Positions 37,156 through 49,503 of a stretch of DNA of 64,000 nucleotides are shown in pieces (the stretch's first letter is position 1; each line of letters begins with the position of its first letter). Under the pieces are notes generated by a model. That model was given only the letters and a program-made list of their open reading frames with translations. It ran no database searches and was not told the origin of the DNA. Source of the stretch: an uncultured delta proteobacterium (GTDB taxonomy: Bacteria; Desulfobacterota; Zymogenia; Zymogenales; Zymogenaceae); NCBI GenBank assembly GCA_963735595.1, contig CAVTLK010000001.1:800001-864000 (forward strand), given 5' to 3'. The position numbers and the translations under genes are program-made.

Positions 37156-37794
37156 ATGCAGCTTCCGAAAGTCATCCTGCCGCCGGCGCTCTCGCTGCTG
37201 CTTTTTATCACCATCATCTATGGGATGGGCAGCTGCACGGCCGGCCTTCCCCAACCCTACCGGGTCCGTGGTCCGTGGGTCGTTGAGACAGTACCCGAGC
37301 AGGAGATCATCGTCGAGGCCACGTCCGATACCCCGATGACTATCTCGCTCTTTTCATGGGGGGCCCGTTTTTCCCAGGACGGCCGGGAGCTCGGGACTCT
37401 CAAGTACGACCGGGTCAGCTATATCCTCAGGGACGCATACGGAACTAAAATCTGGAAGATGACGTGCCACGACACCTACGTTGCGGTCGCCGACCCCGGC
37501 GGTGACGAGCTGTTTAGAATCGTGAGCCGCGTGGGCGGTGTCGATCTCATTGACGCGCGGGGATCTCTCATCTCGTCCATTGACGTCTCCGGCGACTGCG
37601 CATCCCTGACGGCCCCCGACGGATCGCTGCTGGCCGATACGACCCTGACCGCGTCGGGAAGGGAGCTGCGCACCGGCGAGGGGACGGTGATGCGCATCTC
37701 CAACCGCACGGCGTCTCCCGCGGGGCTTATCGCCGCCACGCTGCCTTCGTTTAGCCCGCTCGAGCGCGCAGCGTTGATGATTATGGTGAAATAA
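37156..37794 (+). CDS. Hypothetical exported, beta-rich protein (possible lipoprotein)
   Basis: Hydrophobic N-terminus ending MGSC and repeated D..G..L/I hairpin motifs. Starts 4 nt after the protease stop. Confidence 0.6.
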   Translation: MQLPKVILPPALSLLLFITIIYGMGSCTAGLPQPYRVRGPWVVETVPEQEIIVEATSDTPMTISLFSWGARFSQDGRELGTLKYDRVSYILRDAYGTKIWKMTCHDTYVAVADPGGDELFRIVSRVGGVDLIDARGSLISSIDVSGDCASLTAPDGSLLADTTLTASGRELRTGEGTVMRISNRTASPAGLIAATLPSFSPLERAALMIMVK

Positions 37795-37883
37795 AAAAGG
37801 GGGGGAGTCGGCGCGAACGCGGGCGGCGCTGCCGCCTGCCTCATTGGATGATACTCGAACATATATCCCCGCCGGAGATCTGA

Positions 37884-38348
37884 TCAGGGCTCCCTGCGTA
37901 TATACGGTTCGGGATGGTATATCGCCATCAGCCTCTCCGCCAATGCGGTATCCTTTACCCGCACAAACCCAAACCGCCCGTAGAGCCCGTGAGCGTCACG
38001 GGTTCCCAGGGATATCATGCGAAGCCCGGCCAGGCCGGGATGGCCGAGGATCGTCCCAACCAGCCATTTGCCCAGACCGGCACCCCGATGTGCCTCCTCT
38101 ATGAAGACGTCGGCCAGATAGGCGAAGGTGGCAAAGTCGGTAATAATCCTGGCAAAACCAACCTGCCTGCCTCGATGATAGACCCCGAAACAGAGGGAAT
38201 GACTGATAGACCGCTTCACGACCTCGCGGGGGACGCCCCTGGCCCAGTAGGATTGGTTGGCCAGATAGTCGCGGATATACCCAACGTCGAGTCTTCGCTT
38301 GTCTGTGGTTATCTCGTATTCGTCCCGGCGGACGTGCATCGATTCCAT
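37884..38348 (-). CDS. GNAT N-acetyltransferase
   Basis: SYWA, QVGFARIITD, AYLADVF...HRGAGLGKWL and DAHGLYGRFGF. Confidence 0.9.
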   Translation of the reverse strand: MESMHVRRDEYEITTDKRRLDVGYIRDYLANQSYWARGVPREVVKRSISHSLCFGVYHRGRQVGFARIITDFATFAYLADVFIEEAHRGAGLGKWLVGTILGHPGLAGLRMISLGTRDAHGLYGRFGFVRVKDTALAERLMAIYHPEPYIRREP

Positions 38349-38450
38349 GTCCTGATACGCTACCTCCCCGTCCGCGAAACCGTGCCGGAGCAAGCCCGAC
38401 GGCGGACGTTATATCATACGCGCCTCGGTTTTTAATCGTTTGGCTGATTT

Positions 38451-38795
38451 CTATCCGATAATGGCGATATGCAGGAGCGCCAGCGTGAGCAGCGCCGTGA
38501 AGATGAGCGTTACCAGTATCAGCTCCCTGCTGAAGGCGCGGTATTCGGCGGATTTCGCGTGCATATACGACCGCACCGCCTTACGGTTTCGGAAAAGGTG
38601 GACCGAGCCCGATACCACGAAGATAAGGGCACAGACGTTGTGAACGGTCATGAAAACGTGGCGATGGGACTCGAATTGGTCCGACGAAAAGACGTGGAGC
38701 AGGATCCCCGAAGGGATCAGCAACAAGAAGGAAAAAAACATAAACAGCGAAGCTACGGCCCTGCCGTTGATTCCGCTTCCCGGTTTCCCATTCAT
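38451..38795 (-). CDS. DUF4405-type small membrane protein
   Basis: SGILL, transmembrane His residues (VH...VHL..N) and three hydrophobic helices. Confidence 0.65.
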   Translation of the reverse strand: MNGKPGSGINGRAVASLFMFFSFLLLIPSGILLHVFSSDQFESHRHVFMTVHNVCALIFVVSGSVHLFRNRKAVRSYMHAKSAEYRAFSRELILVTLIFTALLTLALLHIAIIG

Positions 38796-38934
38796 ACGCG
38801 CCCTGCCATACGATCTGAGGTGTGAAGGCAGACAAATCTATGAGACCCGCAATAATTTTCGCGGCCGCCCGAATAACCGCCGACCCGTTTATGTCCCGCT
38901 CATGATATCGGCCGTCTTTGCTGTCGCCGAACGC

Positions 38935-40593
38935 CTACTTGAGAATCGCCCCGGTTGAGGCCGACGTCACCGCCCGCGCGTACCGGCCCAGGTAGCCGGT
39001 GGTTACCTTCGGTTTCGGGGCCGTCCATCGGTCCCGTCTCTTCTTCAACTCCTCATCCGGCACCTTGAGGGTCAGGCGCCGGTTGGGGATGTCTATCTCG
39101 ATGGCGTCTCCGTCTTTGACCAGCGCAATAACGCCGCCCTCGGCCGCCTCCGGCGAGACGTGGCCGATGGCCGCCCCGCGGGTGCCCCCCGAGAACCGCC
39201 CGTCGGTGATGAGGGCCACGTCCCGATCCAGCCCCATCCCCGCGATGACCGAGGTGGGCGTAAGCATCTCCCGCATCCCCGGCCCGCCCTTGGGCCCTTC
39301 GTAGCGGACGACCACGACGTCCCCCTTGACGATTTTACCGCCCAGTATCGCGGCCGTAGCCTCTTCCTCCGAGTCGAAGACACGGGCCGGGCCGGTGTTT
39401 GTCATCATGTGCTCATCCACCGCGGTTTGTTTGACTACCGCCCCGTCGGGGGCAAGGTTCCCCCTCAAGAGGGCGATACCTCCCTGTTTGTGGTAGGGGT
39501 TATTGATAGTCCTGATGACGTTTGTGTCGAAGACGTCCGCGCCGACGAGATTATGGGCAAGCGTCGTGAGGTTGACCGTCATCACCGATGTGTCAACCAG
39601 GCCCGCCCCGCCCAGTATCGCCATAACGGCCTGGACGCCTCCGGCCCGGTAGAGATCCTGGAGATGGTGGGGACCGCCGGGTGAAAGGTTGACGAGGTGG
39701 GGCGTTTTTTTGCTGATCTCCTCAAAAAGATCGAGGTTCAGCTCAATGCCCGCCTCCGCGGCGACGGCCGGCAGGTGGAGCACCGTGTTGGTGGAGCACC
39801 CGAGTGCCATATCAACGGTTATGGCGTTCTTGAGGGCCGCCATCGTCACGATATTGCGGGGAAGGACCTTTTTCTCGATGAGCTTCATAATGGTCTGCCC
39901 CGCCTTCTTGGCCAGGCGAACGCGGGCGGCGTCCACCGCGGGAATGGTACCGTTTCCGGGCAGGGCCAACCCGAGCGCCTCCGTCAGGCAGTTCATCGAG
40001 TTGGCGGTAAACATACCCGCACACGACCCGCATCCGGGGCACGCTGCGTCCTCGATCTTGACCAGCTCGTCCTCGCTCATTTCCCCTACCGCGACCTTGC
40101 CGACCCCCTCGAATACGGTTATCAAATCGATGTCGTTACCGCAGTACGAACCGGCCATCATCGGGCCGCCGCTGATAATAATCGTCGGGATATTTATCCG
40201 TAATGCCGCCATCAACATGGCGGGCACGGTCTTGTCGCAGTTGGGGATCATGACCAGGCCGTCAAAGGGGTGGGCCATGGCCATCACCTCCACCGAGTCG
40301 GCGATCAGCTCGCGGCTGCCCAGCGAATACTTCATGCCTTCGTGGTTCATCGCTATGCCGTCGCATATGCCGATCGTCGGAAACTCGATGGGAGTCCCCC
40401 CCATGATCCTGACGCCCGCCTTTACCGCATCGGCCAGGGTCTTGAGATGGATGTGACCGGGTACTATCTCGTTCTGAGTATTGACGACCCCCACCATGGG
40501 CCTCGCGATTTCGCTGTCGGTATATCCCATAGCCTTGAAGAGTGCGCGGTGCGGCGCCTTTTCGAGACCCCGTTTCATCCTGTCGCTTCTCAT
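38935..40593 (-). CDS. ilvD: Dihydroxy-acid dehydratase
   Basis: [41 protein letters not shown] and TDGRFSG. Confidence 0.97.
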   Translation of the reverse strand: MRSDRMKRGLEKAPHRALFKAMGYTDSEIARPMVGVVNTQNEIVPGHIHLKTLADAVKAGVRIMGGTPIEFPTIGICDGIAMNHEGMKYSLGSRELIADSVEVMAMAHPFDGLVMIPNCDKTVPAMLMAALRINIPTIIISGGPMMAGSYCGNDIDLITVFEGVGKVAVGEMSEDELVKIEDAACPGCGSCAGMFTANSMNCLTEALGLALPGNGTIPAVDAARVRLAKKAGQTIMKLIEKKVLPRNIVTMAALKNAITVDMALGCSTNTVLHLPAVAAEAGIELNLDLFEEISKKTPHLVNLSPGGPHHLQDLYRAGGVQAVMAILGGAGLVDTSVMTVNLTTLAHNLVGADVFDTNVIRTINNPYHKQGGIALLRGNLAPDGAVVKQTAVDEHMMTNTGPARVFDSEEEATAAILGGKIVKGDVVVVRYEGPKGGPGMREMLTPTSVIAGMGLDRDVALITDGRFSGGTRGAAIGHVSPEAAEGGVIALVKDGDAIEIDIPNRRLTLKVPDEELKKRRDRWTAPKPKVTTGYLGRYARAVTSASTGAILK

Positions 40594-40923
40594 ACGAACC
40601 TCCGAAATTTAGTGGATTATACCAGTCAAGCTTTTATTTTGTAAAGAAGTATTACATGCGTCGCGGTCGTCCACGGAAGGCCTTTCTCTTATCGAAACGC
40701 CCCTGCCTTCGGTAACAACCGGCCCCGTACAAATATCGGGGAGCGGCCCCGGGCGTCTCCCAACCTGCCCCTGCGGCCGTCATTGCGGGAATGCGGTATC
40801 TCAACGTTTACTCCCGTCACCGCGCGGTCATTGTCCTTGACTTTTCCCCCTGTGCATGTTAGCGTTCAAAAAGGTTTGGCAATTCCAGGAACAGGGCTCG
40901 ATTATCCGGTAATGTGACGCACT

Positions 40924-43581
40924 ATGGATAACCAAAAAAAAGGCGGCATCAGAGAAAAGATACTCACTCTGATCATGATGCTGCTGGGAAACCATCTCAA
41001 TTACTATAGCTCCTATCTCGGTGAACCTAAAAACACGCTCGTAAGCCTCGTTTTCAACTACTTCGTCCCGCGGGTATCGATTCCCAAGGAAGATAAGAAA
41101 ACAATCCGCGAGCTTTCCAAGAAGGGAACGGTCATCTACGCGCAGAAAAACCGGTCTTCCCTCGATTTTCTCTTCTTTCAGCACCGGTACTACATCGAGG
41201 GGCTTCCCTACCCCGTATTCGGTAATTTCATCAACATGATCTGGTGGCAGCCGGTCTCGTCGGTTGCCCGGATTCTGTTGTCCAAGCTCTATTGCCTCAT
41301 CGAGGGAATAGAGTCCCCCAACCCGTATCGCACGGACTATGTCCGGAGGATGAGCCAGGAAGGCCACAGCTCGATCCTTTTTCTGCGCCACCCCACCGGC
41401 CTCCTGAAGCGATTCGCACTCAAGGAGACCGATGATCCCGTGGTGTATCTGCTCCACGCGCAAAAGGTGATGAGTCGGACGATCTATATCATCCCGCACA
41501 TCATCGTCTACCACAAACGTCCGGATACCGCCCGGAAGGGGATCACCGACGTCCTGTTCGGCCCCAAGGAGGGACCGGGCCTTTTGCGCAGGATCGCTAT
41601 CTTCCTGGCCAATTACCGGCAGGCCTTCGTCAAGATCGGCGATCCGATCAACCTGAAGGAGTTTCTCACGCAAAAAGGCCAAACGGTGGACGGCGAGGTA
41701 TCCTACGATCTGCGCCGGACGCTGCTTGACAACATCGAGCGTGAGGAGCGCCTTATCAAGGGGCCGATTCTCAAGAGCCGCCTCGAGATCATGGAGATGG
41801 TGCTGTGGGACGACGAGTTCCAGGAAAAAATACAGAATCTCTCGGAGATTACCCGGGAACCGGTTCGCTCCCTCAGGAGGCGGGCGATCACCCACCTGGA
41901 TGAGATCGCGGCCGATTACAACATCCTGTATATCCAGATGTTCGATATGGTCGTCACCTGGATGTGGAACAACATTTTCAGCGGGTTTGACATCGACGAG
42001 GAGGGGCTCAACAAGGTGCGGGAGGCGGGTAAAAAGTCCTCACTGGTCATCGTCCCGTGCCATAAGAGCCACGTTGACTACCTCGTGCTCTCCCAGATCT
42101 TCCTCCATAACAACCTTACCCCGCCCCATATCGCCGCGGGGATCAACCTCTCCTTTTTCCCCCTGGGTCACATCTTCAGGAAATCCGGGGCCTTCTTCCT
42201 GAAGCGGACGTTTCGCGGAGATCCCCTCTATCCGATCGTCTTTTCGACGTATGTCAAGACGATCCTGTCGGAGGGATTCAGCCTCGAGTTTTTCATCGAG
42301 GGGGGACGTTCAAGGACCGGCAAGCTCGTTATGCCCAAGCTGGGACTTCTCTCGATCATTATCAACGCCTACCTGTCGGGCGCCGTCAACGATATCTCCT
42401 TCGTACCGATATTCATCGGGTACGACCGTATCGTGGAGGAGTCATCGTATATCAGTGAAATGGGCGGGGCCGTTAAGAAAAAGGAAGGCCTCTGGTCTCT
42501 GCTCAGGAGCGGGAACCTCCTCAAGAAACGATACGGCCGGGTTTATGTGGCCTTTAACAACCCGATCTCCCTTAAAGAGCTCATACAATCCGCCGGATAT
42601 AACCGCGAGACGATCCCGAAGGCCCGGTTGCATCAGCTCCAGTATGACCTGGCATATCGGATCGTCTACTCGATCAATCAGATCAGCGTCGTGTCGACCG
42701 TCAACCTGGTTTCCGCCGCTTTCCTTGCCAGCCCCCAGGGGGCGCTGACTCGCGGGGAGCTGATGCAGATCTGCCGCGTCTTCATGGGCTGGCTTTCTTC
42801 GGCCGACACGCGTTTTTCCAACGCCCTGAATAACCCGCCCCCGGCGATTGCCGAGGCCCTCAACGCGCTCAAGGAGGAAGACCTCGTCCAGGAGATCAAG
42901 GGAGAATCCGACGAGCCCGATTTCGAAAGAGTCTTTTTCGTGCCCGAGGAAAAGCGCCTGACGCTCGAGTTCTACAAGAATAATATCCTCCATTTCTTCA
43001 TCCCGGCCTCATTTGTCGCCACGTCCATACTGTCGGCCCCGGGCGGCAGTACGACCCGGGAGCAGATTACCGACGACTATACGTATTTCAGAAAGCTCTT
43101 TAAATACGAGTTTGTCTACGACCTCGAATTCTCGGACGAACAGCGCGTCAAGCGGGCCCTGGACTATTTTGAGAGTAACGGCTACATCGCACGTGATAAC
43201 GTGGCCGTCACCATCACTCAGGCCGGAGGCGATGTCCTTCAATTCTTTGCCGAGCTGGTGCGTAATTTCATCGAATCCTATCTCGTAACCTCGGAAGCTC
43301 TGCAGAACTATCTCACGAGGGGGCCGAAGAGCGAGCGGGACCTGATAAAAAGAGTCAACATAACGGGGCAGCGGATGCTCAAGAAGAAAGAGATCAGCCG
43401 TATCGAGGCCCTTTCGCGGATCAACTTCCAAAACGCCGTCGAGCTTCTCACCCATGAGAATGTCTTGTCCCAATTCACCGAAGACGAGGGAAAGCGTCCC
43501 GTCAAGTACTACACCCCGGGGCCGGTTGCCAACGATTTCACGGAAAGGATTAAACGTTACCTTACCCGAACAGGGGGTTGA
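40924..43581 (+). CDS. plsB: Glycerol-3-phosphate acyltransferase PlsB
   Basis: PCHKSHVDY (HX4D), [26 protein letters not shown] and YKNNILHFF. Confidence 0.9.
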   Translation: MDNQKKGGIREKILTLIMMLLGNHLNYYSSYLGEPKNTLVSLVFNYFVPRVSIPKEDKKTIRELSKKGTVIYAQKNRSSLDFLFFQHRYYIEGLPYPVFGNFINMIWWQPVSSVARILLSKLYCLIEGIESPNPYRTDYVRRMSQEGHSSILFLRHPTGLLKRFALKETDDPVVYLLHAQKVMSRTIYIIPHIIVYHKRPDTARKGITDVLFGPKEGPGLLRRIAIFLANYRQAFVKIGDPINLKEFLTQKGQTVDGEVSYDLRRTLLDNIEREERLIKGPILKSRLEIMEMVLWDDEFQEKIQNLSEITREPVRSLRRRAITHLDEIAADYNILYIQMFDMVVTWMWNNIFSGFDIDEEGLNKVREAGKKSSLVIVPCHKSHVDYLVLSQIFLHNNLTPPHIAAGINLSFFPLGHIFRKSGAFFLKRTFRGDPLYPIVFSTYVKTILSEGFSLEFFIEGGRSRTGKLVMPKLGLLSIIINAYLSGAVNDISFVPIFIGYDRIVEESSYISEMGGAVKKKEGLWSLLRSGNLLKKRYGRVYVAFNNPISLKELIQSAGYNRETIPKARLHQLQYDLAYRIVYSINQISVVSTVNLVSAAFLASPQGALTRGELMQICRVFMGWLSSADTRFSNALNNPPPAIAEALNALKEEDLVQEIKGESDEPDFERVFFVPEEKRLTLEFYKNNILHFFIPASFVATSILSAPGGSTTREQITDDYTYFRKLFKYEFVYDLEFSDEQRVKRALDYFESNGYIARDNVAVTITQAGGDVLQFFAELVRNFIESYLVTSEALQNYLTRGPKSERDLIKRVNITGQRMLKKKEISRIEALSRINFQNAVELLTHENVLSQFTEDEGKRPVKYYTPGPVANDFTERIKRYLTRTGG

Positions 43582-43583
43582 CG

Positions 43584-44354
43584 ATGAAACGACAATTTAT
43601 CATGCCATTATTTTCCGTCCTGATCCTTTGTGCCTTCGGATGCGCCACTACCATCACGGGACCCGCCGCACCGGAAGGCTCCGTGCCGTCACCGAAGGCG
43701 GCAAAGGTGGTGGATACCTTTGAGGGTACTGCCTCCTGGTACGGCCCCGAATTCCACGGCAAGAAAACCGCCAGCGGCGAGGTTTTTGATATGACGGACC
43801 TCACGGCCGCTCACAAGGAACTCGCCTTGGGGACGACCTGTATCGTCACTAACCTGAGAAACAACAAGTCGGTCACCGTCAGGATCAACGACCGGGGTCC
43901 GTTCGTTAAGGACCGGGTCATCGACCTCTCGTATGCCGCGGCCAAGGTCGTCGGCATGATCGACACCGGCACGGCGCCCGTCAGGGTGGAGGTCCTTGCC
44001 GGAGACGATGCTATCGCCGCGGAGCCGGTCGCCGCTCCGGCCGTCGCCGAAACGCCTATCGAGACCGAAATCATTGCCTCGGCCCCCGTTGAGACCGGAA
44101 CGGCGGCAGCCCCCGCCGAAACCGCGGTCCTCTATACCGTCCAGGTCGGCTCCTTCTCCTCCAAGGGGAATGCCGATACCCTCTTTGAAACCCTTTCGGC
44201 CTCCCGCAAGGATGCATACATCGAGGAGTTTCCCACGACCGAATCCACCTATTGGCGGGTTCGGGTGGGGAAATTCGCGACGCGGGAGGATGCCGAGCGC
44301 GCGGCCGCCGAGCTGACGGCCGCGGGATATTCCGTGTTCATAACCCCGAAGTAG
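43584..44354 (+). CDS. rlpA: Septal ring lytic transglycosylase RlpA with SPOR domain
   Basis: Lipobox [33 protein letters not shown] and SPOR motif VQVGSF. Confidence 0.93.
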   Translation: MKRQFIMPLFSVLILCAFGCATTITGPAAPEGSVPSPKAAKVVDTFEGTASWYGPEFHGKKTASGEVFDMTDLTAAHKELALGTTCIVTNLRNNKSVTVRINDRGPFVKDRVIDLSYAAAKVVGMIDTGTAPVRVEVLAGDDAIAAEPVAAPAVAETPIETEIIASAPVETGTAAAPAETAVLYTVQVGSFSSKGNADTLFETLSASRKDAYIEEFPTTESTYWRVRVGKFATREDAERAAAELTAAGYSVFITPK

Positions 44355-44478
44355 ACCCCCGGTCATCGGGGATTGGTGTCAGGCACGGCCCTCGGCTAAT
44401 TGCCTCCGGCCGGCCGGAACCGCCGGCTAACGTGTGGTATAATTACTACTATATAGTAGCATTGATGGTGGCCGGACT

Positions 44479-44952
44479 ATGGATTCCAACATCACACTAG
44501 CCCTGAAGACCCTGACCTACGGGCTCTATATCGCAACCGTTTCGGTTGGCGGCGTCAGAAACGCCATGCCCGCCTCGTGGGTGTCTCAGGTATCGTACGA
44601 TCCTCCCCGGATTATGGTAGCGGTTAAGAAGACGCGCCGTACCCACGATATGCTGACGAAGGCGGAGGTTTTCGGGCTCATGGTCGTGCAAAAGGGGAAG
44701 GAAGGCGAGTTTGCCGCCTATAAGGGAGACGATCCTGAAAAGAAGTTCGAGGGGCGGGCCGTCGCCGCCGGGAAGAGCGGCGCCCTGCTCCTGACCGAAT
44801 ACCTGGCGGTCTTCGAGCTGAAATTATGTGACACGGTTGACGCGGGAGACCACACCCTGTTTATCGGGGAGGTGGTTTCGGCGCAGATGTCATCAAGCGG
44901 CGTCCCTGCCACCACACTGGACTACGGCAAGACCTATATCGGGGACTATTGA
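44479..44952 (+). CDS. Flavin reductase family protein
   Basis: YGLYI, WVSQVSYDPP and AGDHTLFIGEV. Confidence 0.88.
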   Translation: MDSNITLALKTLTYGLYIATVSVGGVRNAMPASWVSQVSYDPPRIMVAVKKTRRTHDMLTKAEVFGLMVVQKGKEGEFAAYKGDDPEKKFEGRAVAAGKSGALLLTEYLAVFELKLCDTVDAGDHTLFIGEVVSAQMSSSGVPATTLDYGKTYIGDY

Positions 44953-44968
44953 CCGGGAGGTCAACGGG

Positions 44969-45244
44969 ATGAGCACGGATAAGCCGCGGCCGACCGACTC
45001 GCAGAGTCCCTCCAGGGAAGCAATCCGCGAGGAGCAAAAGAAGATCAACAGGCTCAGGCTATTGGTTGACCTCACGATGAGCGTCATCATGCAGTCCGAC
45101 CTGCCGCTCACCGAGGCCCAGGAGATGGTCGAGGGACTCAAGAAAAGCGCCGTTTCACTCTTTCCCGGCAAAGAGGATACCTTCGAGCTGATCTACCGCC
45201 CGCGGTTCAACCGGGTCATCATGGACAAGTACCGCCTCCACTGA
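44969..45244 (+). CDS. Small helical hypothetical protein
   Basis: GGGAGG RBS. Sequence RLRLLVDL...LFPGKEDTFELIYRPRF. Confidence 0.7.
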   Translation: MSTDKPRPTDSQSPSREAIREEQKKINRLRLLVDLTMSVIMQSDLPLTEAQEMVEGLKKSAVSLFPGKEDTFELIYRPRFNRVIMDKYRLH

Positions 45245-45303
45245 GAGCCGGCCCGGGAAACCAAACCCAAGACGTACCCTTTTCTCCTATAAAATAGGGA
45301 CAT

Positions 45304-46239
45304 CTACGGCATGTTCTCCCGGATAAACCCGAGGACCAGCGCCTCGTATTCCTCCGCGTGATCCTCGAACCCCCTCGTGTGGGTACAGCCGTCAAAATAG
45401 TGGAGCTCTTTGACCGCCGCCCCCGAGGCGGCGAAGACCCGCTCGGAGTATTCCGGCTTAATATTGGCGTCTCCCGTGCAGTGCATGATAAGTGTCGGGA
45501 CGGTGACCGTGCTGATAGCGGCAAGCGGCGATACGTCCTTCGGATCGAACCGGGCCCGCAGCCCCGCTACCCAGAGGGCCGAGTCAACCAGAGGAAAGCG
45601 GGGCAACCCGTAGAGCGCCTTACCATAGTCTGCTATGACCGTCGCCAGGTCGGGATATGCCGAATCCTCGATGAGGAGCCTGATGCGCGGGTCTTCTGCC
45701 GCGGCCATGATCGCCGTGGCCGCCCCGTACGATTCGCCCATGACCCCAAGACGGCCGGTATTGCAGTCGCCCCGCCCCGCCAGATAGTCTATGGCCGCCG
45801 ACACGTCGTACCCCTCGTAATAGCCGTACGTCGCGTACCTCCCCTCCGAGGCGCCGTGGTGGCGGTGATCGTAGGCCAGGACGGCGTATCCGGCACGTAC
45901 CAGCATCCCCACATATTTGGTGACCCCGATGCGGTTATCACCCTTGCCGTGCAGGACGATGAAGACCGGCGCATTTTTTGACGCGCCCGGGATGAACCAG
46001 CCCGCCAGCGTCAGCGACTCACCTTCCTTCTTATCGCTGAACTCCCGGGTCGGGAAAGTGACCTCCTCGGGTTTCAGACCGAACGACGCTGGATCGTCGA
46101 ACTCCTTTTCGGCGATAATCTGATCGTCCGTTCTCGGCGCAAAGGCGACGATCTCCCCCGAAAAATACCAGGTGGCCGCCGCGAAGGCGACGGCGATCAC
46201 TATCAACAGTATCCCGATGATCCTCTTGAACGGCTTCAT
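45304..46239 (-). CDS. Membrane-anchored alpha/beta hydrolase
   Basis: N-terminal transmembrane segment, VLHG, D.R.HG.S.G, nucleophile GESYG and a C-terminal His. Confidence 0.85.
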   Translation of the reverse strand: MKPFKRIIGILLIVIAVAFAAATWYFSGEIVAFAPRTDDQIIAEKEFDDPASFGLKPEEVTFPTREFSDKKEGESLTLAGWFIPGASKNAPVFIVLHGKGDNRIGVTKYVGMLVRAGYAVLAYDHRHHGASEGRYATYGYYEGYDVSAAIDYLAGRGDCNTGRLGVMGESYGAATAIMAAAEDPRIRLLIEDSAYPDLATVIADYGKALYGLPRFPLVDSALWVAGLRARFDPKDVSPLAAISTVTVPTLIMHCTGDANIKPEYSERVFAASGAAVKELHYFDGCTHTRGFEDHAEEYEALVLGFIRENMP

Positions 46240-46352
46240 GGCGGTATCCTTATACAAGTCCTAAACGACATCGGCCGCAACGCCCCTGTTGACCCGTCTC
46301 CGACGGGCTGTCGGAACGCGAATCGGTCGTCAGCATCCGGCGATCGCGGTAA

Positions 46353-47120
46353 TTACGTCACGCGCGGTTTGAGCCACTCGAAGATATCCCCGGCCACCGT
46401 TTCCCATCCCTGCTCGACCATGAGGTTATGCCCCATGTCCCCGTAGAGCTTGAAATCGGCCCGGTATGCCCGCGCCGTCCGCCGCTCGGCCCGCTCGGGA
46501 AAGAAATAGTCATGCCCCGATGCCAGGAGCAGGACCGGGGAGGCGACTCGTGACGGTCGCAGCCACACGGTGGGGATTCCGCCGCCCATCAGGGCCAGGG
46601 ACGATTCCCGGGATACCTTCGCAAATCCCCTTTCGCAGACCGGCTCGGGCGCGTTGAAGAGAAAGAGCTTCCGATACATCTTCTTCGACGTAACCGCGAG
46701 CGGTATCAGGAAAGAGAACTTCGCGAGCATACTCGGATACTGAACGGCCATCTTGAGAAACGTCGTGCGGGGCAGGTTCCGAAAGGTCATGGGGGCAACG
46801 AGGACGGCCGCCGGCGGTTTGGCGCGTTCGAGGTATTTCATGGCGACATACCCGCCCATGCTATGGGCAATGATGACGGGGTTGCCGACCTGTTGCGCCG
46901 CGCAGTCGACCTCGCGGACGTAGTCCATCATGGTCGTTTTCCACAGCCCGGGTTCGGCGCTGCGCTCCCCGTGCCCGGGAAGGTCCATCGCCCAGCACGA
47001 AAAGCCGCGCGCCGAAAAGTAGTCCATGAATCCATCCCAGCACCAGGCGCCGTGCCAGGCCCCGTGGACGAAAAGGAGCGGGGTGGTAAACTTAGGCGCC
47101 TTGGGTATTCGAGATAGCAT
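46353..47120 (-). CDS. Alpha/beta hydrolase
   Basis: FVHGAWHGAWCW, DLPGHG, AHSMGG and MGHNLM. Confidence 0.88.
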   Translation of the reverse strand: MLSRIPKAPKFTTPLLFVHGAWHGAWCWDGFMDYFSARGFSCWAMDLPGHGERSAEPGLWKTTMMDYVREVDCAAQQVGNPVIIAHSMGGYVAMKYLERAKPPAAVLVAPMTFRNLPRTTFLKMAVQYPSMLAKFSFLIPLAVTSKKMYRKLFLFNAPEPVCERGFAKVSRESSLALMGGGIPTVWLRPSRVASPVLLLASGHDYFFPERAERRTARAYRADFKLYGDMGHNLMVEQGWETVAGDIFEWLKPRVT

Positions 47121-47235
47121 TTTCTGCCTCCTGATCGTGACAGTAAACGGTCCCCGTACCTCGCTTCTCGTATCGTCGTTGCGCCACGCGCAGAGATCTT
47201 GCCGTCCGTGTGCCGGTCAAAGAAGCGCCCTGCCG

Positions 47236-47718
47236 CTATACTGTTGTCTTATTTGAATGGGTACGCGCGATCTTGTCGAGAATGCCGTTGATGAACGAGG
47301 GGCTATCCTCGCTCCCGTAGCGCTTGGCTATCTCGACGGCTTCGTTAATGGTGACACTTGGTGGGATATCGTCCAGGTAGACAAGCTCGTAGACCGAAAA
47401 CCGGAGGATGTTGCGATCGACCGTCGCCATGCGGGAGATGCGCCAGTTTTCCGAAGCGCCGTCAATGAGGGCGTCTATCTGATTCCGGTTTGCCATGACG
47501 CCTGCGGCCAGTTGTCTGAAAAAGGACTTACCCTCTTCCTCGGTCTTGAAGTTCTCCCAGAAGGAGGCGATCTCCTCCTGGATCACCGACTCATCGTCGC
47601 GAGCGCCGGCCGTTTCCACAGGTGTGCCGGCCGCCCCGCCGCGCAGCATAGGCGGGTTCATATCGGTCTGGAAGAGAAACTGGAGGACCAGTTCTCTCGC
47701 CTTTCGTCTCTTGCCCAA
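47236..47718 (-). CDS. nusB: Transcription antitermination factor NusB
   Basis: RRKARE..LQ.LF, VDRNILR, INEAVEIAK and FINGILD. Confidence 0.95.
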   Translation of the reverse strand: MGKRRKARELVLQFLFQTDMNPPMLRGGAAGTPVETAGARDDESVIQEEIASFWENFKTEEEGKSFFRQLAAGVMANRNQIDALIDGASENWRISRMATVDRNILRFSVYELVYLDDIPPSVTINEAVEIAKRYGSEDSPSFINGILDKIARTHSNKTTV

Positions 47719-47803
47719 ATCAGACTATCCTCCGAAGGCGTATCTGCCCTTTTCTCGGCCGCCCTCGCAGGGGGTCGGACATCGTATCAAAGAACGGGTG
47801 CCG

Positions 47804-48277
47804 CTACAGCTTCTTCATTTGCTCGATGAGGTTTGCCATCTCGATGGCGGTCACGGCGGCGTCATATCCCTTGTTGCCCGATTTCGATCCGGCCCGTTCG
47901 ATGGCCTGCTCTATCGTATCGGTCGTGATGATGCCGTATGCGACGGGGATGGAGCTTTCCAGAGAAATCCTGGCGACCCCCTTCGCAGATTCGGCGGCGA
48001 TATATTCAAAGTGGGGCGTGGAGCCCCGGATAACCGCTCCCAGGCAGACGACGGCGCTGTATTTGCCGGAATCGACGAGCCGCTTTGCCGTCTGGGGAAC
48101 CTCAAAGGCGCCGGGCACCCGAAAGACGTGAATATCGTCGTCTTTGCCTCCGTGGCGGACAATGGCGTCGACCGCGCCGTCCAGGAGCTTATCGCCGATA
48201 AAACTGTTGAACCGGGACAGGACAACGGCGAACTTCAAGCCTTCGGCGGAAATCTTTCCTTCTATATGTCTCGGCAT
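47804..48277 (-). CDS. ribH: Lumazine synthase
   Basis: [12 protein letters not shown] and [14 protein letters not shown]. Confidence 0.96.
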   Translation of the reverse strand: MPRHIEGKISAEGLKFAVVLSRFNSFIGDKLLDGAVDAIVRHGGKDDDIHVFRVPGAFEVPQTAKRLVDSGKYSAVVCLGAVIRGSTPHFEYIAAESAKGVARISLESSIPVAYGIITTDTIEQAIERAGSKSGNKGYDAAVTAIEMANLIEQMKKL

Positions 48278-48287
48278 CTCTCGTCTC

Positions 48288-49493
48288 CTAAACCTTCTTG
48301 AGGATATGGCCCATTTTATCGCGTTTCGTCTTCAGGTATTCGATATTGTTTTCCTGGGGCTCGATCTCGATGGGGACGCGCTCGACGACTTCCATGTCGT
48401 ACCCCTTCAGCCCGACGATCTTCTTGGGATTGTTGGTCATGAGGCGGATCTTCTTGACGCCAAGGTCCAGTAGTATCTGCGCCCCGATGCCGTAGTCACG
48501 CAGGTCGGCCTTAAAGCCGAGCTTCTCGTTTGCCTCCACGGTATCATACCCCTTATCCTGCAGCTCGTACGCCTTGAGTTTGTTGGTCAGCCCGATCCCC
48601 CTGCCCTCCTGATCCATATAGATGAGCACCCCCTTGCCTTCCTCGCTGATCATGCGCAGAGACGCCTGAAGCTGGTCGCCACAGTCGCACCTCAGCGAGC
48701 CGAGCACGTCTCCCGTGAGGCAGGCGCTGTGTACGCGGACCAGGACGCTGTCGCTGGGTTTTATGTCACCCATCACCAGCGCAAGGTGTTCATGACTGTC
48801 GACATCCGTCGAGTAGGCGATCGCCCTGAAGACGCCGCCTAATTTAACGGGAATCGTCGTCTCGGCCACCCGGTGGACGAGGGATTCGATGCGCAGACGG
48901 TACTCGATAATGTCTTTGACTGTGGCTATCTTGATACCGTGCCGTTCGGCGAATTCCTCAAGCTCCGGCATTCGCGCCATTGTCCCGTCTTCGCTCATGA
49001 TTTCGCAGATCACGCCGTAGGGACGGAGACCCGCCAGGCGCGCCAGGTCTACCGAACCCTCGGTCTGGCCGGTCCTGACCAGCACACCGCCGGGACGCGC
49101 AATCAGGGGGAAGATGTGGCCGGGACGCGCAAGGTCGTCCGGTACGGAATTATCCCTCACGGCGGCCAGCACCGTCGTCGCCCGGTCGTGCGCCGATATC
49201 CCGGTCGTTACGCCGTGGCGCGCCTCGATCGAAACCGTAAAGGCCGTCCCGAATTTCGACGTGTTGTCCCTGACCATCAGCGGCAGCGAAAGCGACATGG
49301 CCTTTTCTTCCGTCAGCGATAGGCAGATGAGACCCCTGCCGTATTTTGCCATGAAGTTAATCGCCTCCGGCGTTACCTTCTCGGCGGCCATGAAGAGATC
49401 GCCCTCGTTTTCGCGGGATTCGTCGTCCGCCAGGATGATGATTTTACCTTGTTTGATGTCTTCCAGTATCTCGGGAATCGGTGAAGCCGGCAT
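48288..49493 (-). CDS. ribBA: Bifunctional DHBP synthase / GTP cyclohydrolase II
   Basis: [27 protein letters not shown]...RCDCG and QEGRGIGL. Confidence 0.96.
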   Translation of the reverse strand: MPASPIPEILEDIKQGKIIILADDESRENEGDLFMAAEKVTPEAINFMAKYGRGLICLSLTEEKAMSLSLPLMVRDNTSKFGTAFTVSIEARHGVTTGISAHDRATTVLAAVRDNSVPDDLARPGHIFPLIARPGGVLVRTGQTEGSVDLARLAGLRPYGVICEIMSEDGTMARMPELEEFAERHGIKIATVKDIIEYRLRIESLVHRVAETTIPVKLGGVFRAIAYSTDVDSHEHLALVMGDIKPSDSVLVRVHSACLTGDVLGSLRCDCGDQLQASLRMISEEGKGVLIYMDQEGRGIGLTNKLKAYELQDKGYDTVEANEKLGFKADLRDYGIGAQILLDLGVKKIRLMTNNPKKIVGLKGYDMEVVERVPIEIEPQENNIEYLKTKRDKMGHILKKV

Positions 49494-49503
49494 AGATAGT
49501 CTC

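Noticed and set aside
40924..41800. Degenerate second acyltransferase-like domain at the PlsB N-terminus (NRSSLD in place of HX4D)
   Set aside because: A long N-terminal region of this kind is typical of full-length PlsB proteins, so it is not novel.
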